From Deltaproteobacteria bacterium (GTDB lineage: Bacteria > Myxococcota > Kuafuiibacteriia > Kuafuiibacteriales > Kuafuiibacteriaceae), in the NCBI GenBank assembly GCA_040218735.1, contig JAVJQW010000042.1, positions 96,001 through 160,000 on the forward strand: DNA of 64,000 nt. The letters run 5' to 3'. Shown here piece by piece: positions 27,767 to 36,186 of the stretch. The position numbers were made by a program, and so were the translations under genes. Positions within the stretch are counted from its first letter, which is position 1; each line of letters starts with the position of its first letter. The notes under the pieces were generated by a model that was not told the DNA's origin, did no database searches, and was given only the letters and a program-made list of their open reading frames with translations.

Positions 27767-29983
27767 TCAGTTCGCGGCGTAGAGCGCGCGGACTTCGCGG
27801 GGCGTGATCGATCGGGCGTAGAAGCGGACGTCGTCGATGAGACCTTCGTACAGGTCGACGTCCACGCGGCGCCCCACGCCTCCGCCGATGATCCACTCGC
27901 CGACCGCGACGTTGTGCTCGGAGTCGTCGGCGATCGCGTCGACGAGCACGCCGTCGTAGTAGATCTCGAAGGTGTCCGCCTCGTAGAAACCTTCGCTTCG
28001 ATCCACGAGCACGCCGACGATGTGGTGCCAGCCGGAGGTCACGTTGTTGGTGTCCTCGACGAGGCCGATGAACTGACCGTACGAGGTGCCGGTTCCGCCG
28101 ACGCCCTCGGGCGACACCCACAGCGCGTTCCAGGTGTCGAAGCTCGGGTCGTGGTCGAGCAAGCCCTGTTGCACGCCGGGCGTCAGGTTCTCGGGGCGAA
28201 TCCACAGCGACCACGCGGCGCCGCCGCGGTAGTGGCGGTCGAACACGTCACCGATGAGTCGGGAGGAACCGTCGAAGCGGAGCGCGCCGCCGGACACGCC
28301 GTGGCGATCCGTCGCGGGGGTGGCGCCTTCGTTGACGAAGTCTTCGCCGATCGCCGCCGTCGCGTCGCCGTCCATCGGGAGGTACGTCGCTGGGCGCACG
28401 TCGGTGGGGTCGTCGTCGAGGTCGTCGCGGACCCCGTCGCGGTCGGTGTCTTCGTGGTTCGGGTCGGTGCCGAGCATGCGCTCTTGGGCGTCGTCGAGGC
28501 CGTCGATGTCGATGTCGGCGGTGGCCGGGCTCGAGTAGACGCGGTCCTTCAGGTCGAGGATGACCGGGACGTCCCAGCCCACGCGCGCCTCTTCGAAGTC
28601 GTTCAGGCCGTCGCCGTCGGTGTCGACGGAGGTGTCCGACGCGCCGGCGAGGAACTCTTCACGAGCGAGCAGGCCGTCGCCGTCGTTGTCTTCGACGTAC
28701 ACGAGCTCGAGGACCGAGCCAGGGCGAAGCTGGAGCGTGTCGAGGTCCGCGGCGCTGACCTCGGGGTCGAACACGGTGCGTTCCGTGGACACGCCGTCGC
28801 CGGTCGTGAGGGCGACGATCCACCGACCGGCGTCGGTCGCGGAGACGTCGCGCACGGCGACCAGCGCGCCGCCGCGGATCTCGAAGGGGACGCGGACGAT
28901 GTCGTCGAGCGCGTCGCGGGCGGAGATCGAGCGACGCTCGAAGTCCGTGACCGCCGAGACGAAGTGCTCTTCGACCGGCCGGCCGCGACCGTTCGGTCCG
29001 GGGCCGAAGTCGACGGAGACACGCGCACACTTGGCGCCGATGGTCTCGAGCGGAGCGTTGAACGAGCGGCCCTCGATGTCGGAGGCGGCCCAAACGGCGG
29101 GTTCGAGGATGAGGTTGCGCGAGGACTCGAGGAGCGCGAGCGCGGTGTCGAGGTCGAGCTCGGCGCCGAAGATCAGCTGGTCGCTGGAGGTTCCGTTCGG
29201 ACCGATCTCGATCGTCGGGAAGCCGTTGTTGCTCTCGAAGTCGAGGTTGGTGATCGGCGTGAAGCGGCCCGGCTGGCGTGGGTCGGCGCGGAGCGCGGCG
29301 ATGACGAGGTCGTCGATGCGGACGCTCTGGTAGCCGCGGTTCACGATGCCGAGCGTGACGCGCAGCGCGCCGCCGGTTCGTTCGATGCCTTCCTCTCGCG
29401 CGTAGCTGTTCGACTCGGTGAGGGCGCGCCGGTTCTCGCGCGTCTGCTCGTCGGTCCAACTCATCGACTGACTCATGCTCTCGGAGATCGAGCCACTCAC
29501 GCCGAAGCTGGGCGTGAGGCTGAGCGTCGCCTCCGTGGTGAGCGTCTCCTCGATCGCGTGGCTCTGCTCGCGCGTCTGGCTGGAGCTCACCGTGCGAGCC
29601 GACTCGTTCGTGCGCTCCACGCCGCGGGTCGTCGTGGTCCCTTCGCTCGTCGTGTAGTGGATGCGGATGTCGGGGAGCGCGGAGATCTCGAACGACAGCC
29701 GCGGCAGGTCCGCGATGCGCGGGTTGAAGCGGAAGTTGTTGCTCGCCGGATCGAAGTTGCGGTCGACGACCTCCTCGAAGTCCGTGAGCCCGTCGCCGTC
29801 GGTGTCGTCGGTGCGCGGGGAGGTGCCGAGCTCGGCTTCCTCGCAGTCGGGGAGCCCGTCGCCGTCGGCGTCCGGGGAGCGGCACGCGACCGTGACGCCG
29901 TCGATCGGGTCGCCGGTGGGCGCGAAGTTGGCGCCGCCGGAGCAGGCAGCGAGCGTGAGCAGGAGGGCGGCGTAGCGCTTCAT
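27767..29983 (-). CDS. Lipoprotein with protective-antigen/binary-toxin-B-like region, DxDGDG Ca-binding repeats and C-terminal LamG domain
   Basis: Start MKRYAALLLTLAAC; DADGDGLPDCEE, DTDGDGLTDFEE, NPRIADLP, Ser/Thr-rich alternating strands; LamG motifs WHHIVGV, IYYDG and GLIDDVRFY. Confidence 0.65.
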   Translation of the reverse strand: MKRYAALLLTLAACSGGANFAPTGDPIDGVTVACRSPDADGDGLPDCEEAELGTSPRTDDTDGDGLTDFEEVVDRNFDPASNNFRFNPRIADLPRLSFEISALPDIRIHYTTSEGTTTTRGVERTNESARTVSSSQTREQSHAIEETLTTEATLSLTPSFGVSGSISESMSQSMSWTDEQTRENRRALTESNSYAREEGIERTGGALRVTLGIVNRGYQSVRIDDLVIAALRADPRQPGRFTPITNLDFESNNGFPTIEIGPNGTSSDQLIFGAELDLDTALALLESSRNLILEPAVWAASDIEGRSFNAPLETIGAKCARVSVDFGPGPNGRGRPVEEHFVSAVTDFERRSISARDALDDIVRVPFEIRGGALVAVRDVSATDAGRWIVALTTGDGVSTERTVFDPEVSAADLDTLQLRPGSVLELVYVEDNDGDGLLAREEFLAGASDTSVDTDGDGLNDFEEARVGWDVPVILDLKDRVYSSPATADIDIDGLDDAQERMLGTDPNHEDTDRDGVRDDLDDDPTDVRPATYLPMDGDATAAIGEDFVNEGATPATDRHGVSGGALRFDGSSRLIGDVFDRHYRGGAAWSLWIRPENLTPGVQQGLLDHDPSFDTWNALWVSPEGVGGTGTSYGQFIGLVEDTNNVTSGWHHIVGVLVDRSEGFYEADTFEIYYDGVLVDAIADDSEHNVAVGEWIIGGGVGRRVDVDLYEGLIDDVRFYARSITPREVRALYAAN

Positions 29984-30148
29984 CACCCCCTGACGCCGAG
30001 CCCGGTCGCGGAAGTGATCATCGGGCGCGTCGAATTTCTTTGGGGATCCGTCGTGGGTGGCGTCGAACGGAGTCTGCATCGCAGCGGTCCCTACGCAGGG
30101 GTCTGCGCGGTGGGCCGGTCGCGCCGCGAATTTCCTTGGGTACCGGAC

Positions 30149-30934
30149 TCAGGGCGCGTACGTGAGCTCACACCGCTCCGGGGCGATCGACTGTACGTTG
30201 ATCGGCAGCGCCGTCGAGGAGGGGAGGCTCCGTCCGTCCGCGAGCCGATTCCCGCTGCGGCTGCGGTTCTTGTAGCAGCGGTCGACTGCGGCCGGTGTCA
30301 CCGCGCCGGTCATCGGGTCGATCGTGTAGAACGCCGGCTCTTCGCCCCACTCCTCGACGAGCACCTGCCCGTCCTCCGTCCAAACGAACGGGCCGTAGCG
30401 GAGTGTGCGCTCCGACGCGACGGTCGCGATGAGGGTGTCCGCGTCGTAGAAGTAGAAGTCCTGGATTTCGTGCAGGCCGTCGCCCGCGGTGCTCGTCGAG
30501 ACGACCTGTACGAGGAGATCACCGTCCTGTGAGGGCGCCCAGTACCCCCCCGACGCTCCGCTGTACTCCGTCAGCGGTTCGACGTTGCCGTCGAGGTCGA
30601 TGCGCATCGCGGGCCCGTCTCCGCCCTGAACGACCACGTACCCCTTCGACCGCACGTAGAACGCGCCGGCCGAGTACGCGGGTGACAGCTCCGCGAGCAG
30701 CTCGCCCTCGATGACCTGATCACCCACGACGTCCGCCAGGTAGACCTCTCGCGCGATGGCGACGTCCCGGTTGGGGCCCAGGCACGACGTCCCCGAGCAG
30801 TCCTCCTCGAGCTCGACGCGCACGTAGGCGGCCTTCGAAGTGTCGTCGTCCGCGAACACCGGGAAGAACTTCTCGTACGTCGTCGCGCCACAGGCGGTGA
30901 GGAGGAGGGAGGCGATCAATGGCGTCTTGTTCAT
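30149..30934 (-). CDS. Hypothetical lipoprotein
   Basis: Lipobox LLTAC; beta-rich; host-like codon usage. Confidence 0.7.
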   Translation of the reverse strand: MNKTPLIASLLLTACGATTYEKFFPVFADDDTSKAAYVRVELEEDCSGTSCLGPNRDVAIAREVYLADVVGDQVIEGELLAELSPAYSAGAFYVRSKGYVVVQGGDGPAMRIDLDGNVEPLTEYSGASGGYWAPSQDGDLLVQVVSTSTAGDGLHEIQDFYFYDADTLIATVASERTLRYGPFVWTEDGQVLVEEWGEEPAFYTIDPMTGAVTPAAVDRCYKNRSRSGNRLADGRSLPSSTALPINVQSIAPERCELTYAP

Positions 30935-31005
30935 GGGCGGACACGTTATCCGACCCGTGAGTTACTAAAAAACCTTCGGAGTCAGTATGATCGCCGCCAC
31001 GCGAC

Positions 31006-32841
31006 TCAGACGAAGTTCTTCTGCCACCACTTCTCGAGGAACAGCACCGACCAGATCTGCCCGGAGAGATCCGCGTGGCCGTGTTCGTCGAGCAGCGCTT
31101 GCACGGACTCTCGCCGCAGCGGCGCGTAGAACTCCCCCTTCGGGTGCCGGGCACGCAGGCTGTTCGCGAGGCCCTCGAGCCCCTGCTCGCCCTTCAGCCA
31201 GTACTCGAGTGGTACGCCGAACCCCATCTTCGGTCGGTCGATCAGCTCCTGCGGGACGCGCCGAGCGAGGTGTCGTTTGAGCGCAACCTTGCCTGCACCG
31301 TCGCCGAACCCTTCGCGTGCCGGCACCGACGCCGCCCACCCCACGAACTCGTGGTCGAGGAGCGGCACGCGCACCTCCAAGGAACAGGCCATGCTCGCGC
31401 GGTCGACCTTCGTGAGGATGTCCCCCGGGAGGTAGCTGTTGAGGTCCACCCACTGCGCGCGCAGCACGTCGTCCGCGCCAGGCGCGTTGTCGAAAAGCGC
31501 GGCGAGCGACCACGGCACTTCGCGGTCCAGCTCCGGCGTGCAGAGCTCGCGGATGCGCCGACGCGAGAACATGTTGAGCTCGTGCTCGTACTGTTCGTTC
31601 ATCGGCAGGCTCATCCGCTGCAAGCGAGCTTGCCCCCGCACCCCGCTCGGAATCGCGCGCGCGGCGAGCCCGGTCAGGCTCCGCGCAGGCCCCGGGAGCT
31701 CGTGGTACGCAGCGAGCTTCTGGTACCGCCGGTACCCACCGAAGACTTCGTCGCCACCGTCGCCCGACAGCGCCACGGTCACGTGGCGGCTCGCCATCTC
31801 ACACAGCTTGAACGTGGGGATCGCGGAGGAGTCCGAGAAGGGTTCGTCGTAGATGTCGACGAGGCGGTCCAACAGATCGAGCGCCTCGATTTGCATGACC
31901 TCGACGTTGCACGCCAACCCGAGTGACTCCGCGACACGCACCGCGTGCGGCGACTCGTCGTACTTGGGCTCCGGGAACCCGATCGTGAACGTGCTGGGCC
32001 GCTCCGTGATCTTGTCGTTCTTCGCGATCGACGCCGACACGATCGACGAGTCGATCCCTCCGCTGAGGAAGGCGCCGAGCGGCACCTCACTCATCAGCTC
32101 GATCTCCACCGTCTCGTCGATTCGGCGATCGATCTCGTCGTCGAGCCCCGGCGGATCGCCGACACCGAGCTCCGGCGGGCTCCAGTACCGCGCGACGCGT
32201 GCCTCCTCGGTCGTCACGGTGATCGTGCAGCCGGGCTCCAGCTGTCGCATCCCCTCGAACGCCGCGTAGCTCGCCGGCGAGTAACCGAAGCGCATGTACA
32301 GGTGCAGCGTGTCGAGGTCCGGACGGCGTGGCATGTCCGGGTGGCGCAAGAGCGCCTTCGGCTCCGAGCCGAACAGGAACAGGCGCGGCGTCTCGTAGTA
32401 GTAGTACGGCTTCACGCCGAGGCGATCGCGCGCTCCGAACAGGAGGTTCTTCGTCTTGTCGTAGATCGTGAACGCAAAGATCCCGCGCAGCCGATCGACG
32501 ACGCGCGGGCCCCACGCCGAGTAGCCGTGGACGATGACCTCGGTGTCCGAGCTCGTCCGGAACCGATACCCGACCGCTTCGAGGTCACGCTTGAGGCCGA
32601 GGTAGTTGTAGATCTCGCCGTTGTACGTGACCCACACGTCCTCGGCTTCGTTGGTCATCGGCTGCGCGCCGTCCGACAGTCCGATGATCGAAAGGCGCCG
32701 ATGCCCGAGGCCGACCCCGTCGTGCACGAAGACGCCGCGACCGTCCGGCCCGCGGTGCACGAGCGCGTCGGTCATCGCGTCGAGCGCGGCGCGGTCCGGC
32801 GATCCCTCGCGACGATGGAAGATACCGGCGATGCCGCACAT
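31006..32841 (-). CDS. asnB: Asparagine synthase (glutamine-hydrolysing) family amidotransferase
   Basis: MCGIAG start at 32841, HRGPD, HRRLSII, NGEIYN, ARDRLGVKP, FLSGGIDSS, SGDGGDE and KVDRASMA. Confidence 0.9.
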   Translation of the reverse strand: MCGIAGIFHRREGSPDRAALDAMTDALVHRGPDGRGVFVHDGVGLGHRRLSIIGLSDGAQPMTNEAEDVWVTYNGEIYNYLGLKRDLEAVGYRFRTSSDTEVIVHGYSAWGPRVVDRLRGIFAFTIYDKTKNLLFGARDRLGVKPYYYYETPRLFLFGSEPKALLRHPDMPRRPDLDTLHLYMRFGYSPASYAAFEGMRQLEPGCTITVTTEEARVARYWSPPELGVGDPPGLDDEIDRRIDETVEIELMSEVPLGAFLSGGIDSSIVSASIAKNDKITERPSTFTIGFPEPKYDESPHAVRVAESLGLACNVEVMQIEALDLLDRLVDIYDEPFSDSSAIPTFKLCEMASRHVTVALSGDGGDEVFGGYRRYQKLAAYHELPGPARSLTGLAARAIPSGVRGQARLQRMSLPMNEQYEHELNMFSRRRIRELCTPELDREVPWSLAALFDNAPGADDVLRAQWVDLNSYLPGDILTKVDRASMACSLEVRVPLLDHEFVGWAASVPAREGFGDGAGKVALKRHLARRVPQELIDRPKMGFGVPLEYWLKGEQGLEGLANSLRARHPKGEFYAPLRRESVQALLDEHGHADLSGQIWSVLFLEKWWQKNFV

Positions 32842-32879
32842 CGCGCGAAAGCTACCGCGATGCGGTGTTCGATAGAACC

Positions 32880-33509
32880 TCAGTCGAACATTCGCACGGC
32901 GGTCTGTGTCTCGGGGTCGATGTCCACACGCAGGTTGTTGCCATTCGGCATCTTGAACACGTGCGCGTGATCCTTGTTCCACTCGAAGATACGGAACGGC
33001 TCGCCGAGCTGCGCGACCAGCTCGTCCCGCGTGATCCCCAGCTTCACACCGCGGTAGGTACCCGCGAACGGCGGGTCGATCCGGATCGTCTTCACGCGGT
33101 CCTGGTGGTCGAAGAAGTACCAGACCCCCACCGACTCGAAGCGAAACGACTCACGCTGCTTCCGGCACTCGGTCTCGGTGATGCCACCCCCGAGGCGTTC
33201 GACGGTGTAGCCGTGCTCGGTCTTCTTGCGGACCTCCGGCGGAGCCGACGGCTGCCTCTCGAACCCCTCGAAGAACCGCGCGTACGCGGCGTGCACGTTG
33301 GCCTTCGCGTGTCCGAACGTGAAGGGCACCGTGGCCGACAGGGACTCCTTCGTGAGCTCCTCGAGATCGAGATCCGGCTGCGGGTCGATCTCCTTGCAAC
33401 CGATCTTGCTCAACCGACTCGTCGTCTTGGACGTGGAGGGTTCACTCGGAGGGGGAGCGCTCGCACAGGCGACGAGCATCGCCACGCTCGAGGCGATCAC
33501 GATTCGCAT
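32880..33509 (-). CDS. Hypothetical lipoprotein
   Basis: Lipobox LVAC; ORF fills the gap within the operon. Confidence 0.65.
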   Translation of the reverse strand: MRIVIASSVAMLVACASAPPPSEPSTSKTTSRLSKIGCKEIDPQPDLDLEELTKESLSATVPFTFGHAKANVHAAYARFFEGFERQPSAPPEVRKKTEHGYTVERLGGGITETECRKQRESFRFESVGVWYFFDHQDRVKTIRIDPPFAGTYRGVKLGITRDELVAQLGEPFRIFEWNKDHAHVFKMPNGNNLRVDIDPETQTAVRMFD

Positions 33510-33536
33510 GAAACGAATTCTCGCCGCGACCCGAGG

Positions 33537-35003
33537 TCATGACAAGCGCCCGAGCAGCGCTCGTCGATCCACCTTCCCGTTTGCCGTCCGCGGGAGCGTG
33601 TCCACCGCTTCGAGCGTGGTCGGTTGCATGTACTTCGGGAGCATCTTCCCGAGGCGCGCACGCGCGGAGTCGGCGTCGCCGATCACAAAAAGGTGAAGCA
33701 GGTGCCCCGCCTCGGCGTCCGGTGTCGCGACGGCCGCGGCATCGTCCACACCCTCCGCCGAGCACGCGACGCCCTCCAGCTCGCCGAGCTCCACACGGTA
33801 GCCGCGTACCTTGATCGCGTTGTCGTTTCGGCCCTTGAAGATCAGCCGCCCACGCGCATCACGCGCGGCACGATCTCCGGTGCGGTACACCGTCTGCCGT
33901 ACGTCCCGGAGCGGGTGCGGCACAAACGCCTTCGCGGTGCGCTCCGGGTCGCGGTAGTAACCCGACGCCACCGCACCCCCGACCACATGGATCTCGCCCT
34001 CGTCCGCCGCGGCGCCGTTCTCGATCAACAGCACGTCGTAGTTCGGAAATGGCGCGCCGATCGGTAGCGGCGACTCCACCTCGTCCACGACGTGGTAGGT
34101 CGACGAGTTCGCCTCGGTCTGGCCGTAGACGTTTATCAGCGTCGCGTGCGGGAGCGCTGCCTTCAGCTTCTTCAGCGGCTCCGTGGGGAAGGGCTCCCCG
34201 GCGAACATCACCAGCCGCAGGCGCGACAAGTCACGCTCCTCGAGCCCCCCTCGGTCCAACAGCTGAACGAGCGCCGAAGGCACCGAGTTCCACACCGTCA
34301 CCGACGACTCGACGAGCTCCCCGATCTTCGCGGGAAAGGCGATCCACTTCTCCGGGATCAACACGACCTCCGCACCGCCCGCGAACGCGCAGAAGAGATC
34401 GATGATCGAGAGGTCGAAGTTGAACGGCGCATGCGAGGCGAGCGCGTCGTCGCCCGTGATCGCAAAGACCGACGTCGCGCTCCGCACGAACGTCAGCGAC
34501 TGCAGGTGCGTGATCGCAACACCCTTCGGCGCCCCCGTGCTCCCGCTCGTGTAGAGTACGTACGCGAGATCCTGATCCGTGCGAACGCAGACAGGACGCT
34601 CCCCGGTCGCGTCCGTCGGCGCGAGCATCGTGAACGGAAGCGGCGGGTCCGCCTTGTCCGCGAGTTTCTTCGGACGCCCGGCCACGAACAACACGCGCAC
34701 GTCGCAATGCTCCAGCGCGAAGCGCACCCGCTCCACCGGCGCCGCCGGATCCAGCGGCACGTAGGCCGCACCAGCCCTGAGGATCCCGAGCAGCGCCACC
34801 ACCGCGTCCACGCTCTTCGGCATGAACAGCCCGACGCGATCCCCCGGCGCGACCCCTTCCGCGATCAGCTGCTGCGCGACCCCGTTCACCCGCGCGTCGA
34901 GCGCCGCGTACGTGATCGTGTCGTCCTGAAACCGCACCGCCACCCGGTCCGGCGTTCCGTCCGCCGCCGCCGTGACCAGATCGTCGAGCAGAAACGGAGT
35001 CAC
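33537..35003 (-). CDS. Stand-alone amino acid adenylation enzyme (PltF/RedM/CloN4/DltA-like)
   Basis: YTSGSTGAPKG, SHAPFNFDLS, FAGE, YGQTE, YRTGD and LPRTANGKVDR; GTGA overlap with the upstream dehydrogenase. Confidence 0.88.
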   Translation of the reverse strand: MTPFLLDDLVTAAADGTPDRVAVRFQDDTITYAALDARVNGVAQQLIAEGVAPGDRVGLFMPKSVDAVVALLGILRAGAAYVPLDPAAPVERVRFALEHCDVRVLFVAGRPKKLADKADPPLPFTMLAPTDATGERPVCVRTDQDLAYVLYTSGSTGAPKGVAITHLQSLTFVRSATSVFAITGDDALASHAPFNFDLSIIDLFCAFAGGAEVVLIPEKWIAFPAKIGELVESSVTVWNSVPSALVQLLDRGGLEERDLSRLRLVMFAGEPFPTEPLKKLKAALPHATLINVYGQTEANSSTYHVVDEVESPLPIGAPFPNYDVLLIENGAAADEGEIHVVGGAVASGYYRDPERTAKAFVPHPLRDVRQTVYRTGDRAARDARGRLIFKGRNDNAIKVRGYRVELGELEGVACSAEGVDDAAAVATPDAEAGHLLHLFVIGDADSARARLGKMLPKYMQPTTLEAVDTLPRTANGKVDRRALLGRLS

Positions 35004-36148
35004 AGCCCGATCCACCGCGAGATGATGTTGCGCTGGATGTCGGAGGTTCCGGAGTACAGGACGCTCCCCACCGAGTCGCGCAGCATCCGCTCCATCTCGT
35101 ACTCCGCCATGAAGCCGTAGCCGCCGTGGATCGCGACGGCGTCCATCGACGACTGCACGTAGGCCTCCGAGACGTAGAGCTTCGCGATCGCCGCTTCGAG
35201 CACCGCGCGTTTACCGGAGTCCTTGAGCCATCCGACCTTGTAGAGCATCTGCCGGCCGACCTCGATGCGCATCTTCATGTTCGCGATGCGATGGGAGACC
35301 GCCTGGAACTTCCCGATCGACTGCCCGAACTGCCTCCGGTCGCGCGCGTACTCCACGCACTTCTCGAGCTGTCGCTCCATCGCGCCCAGGTGGCAGGCGA
35401 ACAAACACGAGCGCTCCCACTCCATCTCGCTCGAGAAGATCGCCGCGCCGCCGCCCTTCTTGCCGAGCATCGCCGACGCGGGCACCCGCACGTCGTCGAG
35501 CGTGACCTCTGCGGTCGGCGAGGTCCGCAACCCGAGCTTGTCGAGCGGCCGTCCAATCGTGACGCCTGCGGTGTCGGTGTCGACGAGGAACGCCGTGATG
35601 CCTCCGCCGAACCCGCGCTTCTCTCCGGTCGACGTGAAGATGATCAGCACGTCCGCGATCGGCGCGTTCGTGATGAACGTCTTGCTCCCGTTGATGATCC
35701 AATCGTCGCCGTCCTGCACCGCCTTCGTCTGCATCGCAAACGCGTCCGAGCCGGAGTTGGGCTCGGTCGTCGCGTGGCCGCCGATGATCTCCCCGGTGAC
35801 GAGGCGTGGCAGGTACTTGTCCTTCTGCTCCTCCGATCCGAACTTCAGGATCGGCATCTCACACGTCCACAGCTGCGTGTTGACGACGAACGCGAGCCCC
35901 TGGTCGTCGGCGCCGTAGCCGAGCGCCTCCATCGCGACCATCGAGCTCACACAACCGAGCCCGAGCCCGCCGTACTGCTCCGGGACCGCGAGGCCCAGCA
36001 GGCCCATCTCGCCGCAGGCGAAGAACCCGTCGCGATCGAACTCGTGCTTCGCGTCGCGCTCGACCACGCCGCCGTTCAGGCGCTGGCGGGCGAACTCGAT
36101 GATCTGCGATCGGAAGAGCGTCTGCTCCTCGGTGAGGGCAAAATCCAC
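35000..36148 (-). CDS. Acyl-CoA dehydrogenase family (L-prolyl-PCP dehydrogenase-like, PltE/RedW/CloN3)
   Basis: TEPNSGSDA, GSKTFITNAP, KLGLRTSP, MEWERSC, RRQFGQSIGKFQ, HGGYG and YSGTSDIQR. Confidence 0.88.
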   Translation of the reverse strand: MDFALTEEQTLFRSQIIEFARQRLNGGVVERDAKHEFDRDGFFACGEMGLLGLAVPEQYGGLGLGCVSSMVAMEALGYGADDQGLAFVVNTQLWTCEMPILKFGSEEQKDKYLPRLVTGEIIGGHATTEPNSGSDAFAMQTKAVQDGDDWIINGSKTFITNAPIADVLIIFTSTGEKRGFGGGITAFLVDTDTAGVTIGRPLDKLGLRTSPTAEVTLDDVRVPASAMLGKKGGGAAIFSSEMEWERSCLFACHLGAMERQLEKCVEYARDRRQFGQSIGKFQAVSHRIANMKMRIEVGRQMLYKVGWLKDSGKRAVLEAAIAKLYVSEAYVQSSMDAVAIHGGYGFMAEYEMERMLRDSVGSVLYSGTSDIQRNIISRWIGL

Positions 36149-36186
36149 GCGACGGGTTGTAACGCGGACCCGGAGGTCGGGGAAGG

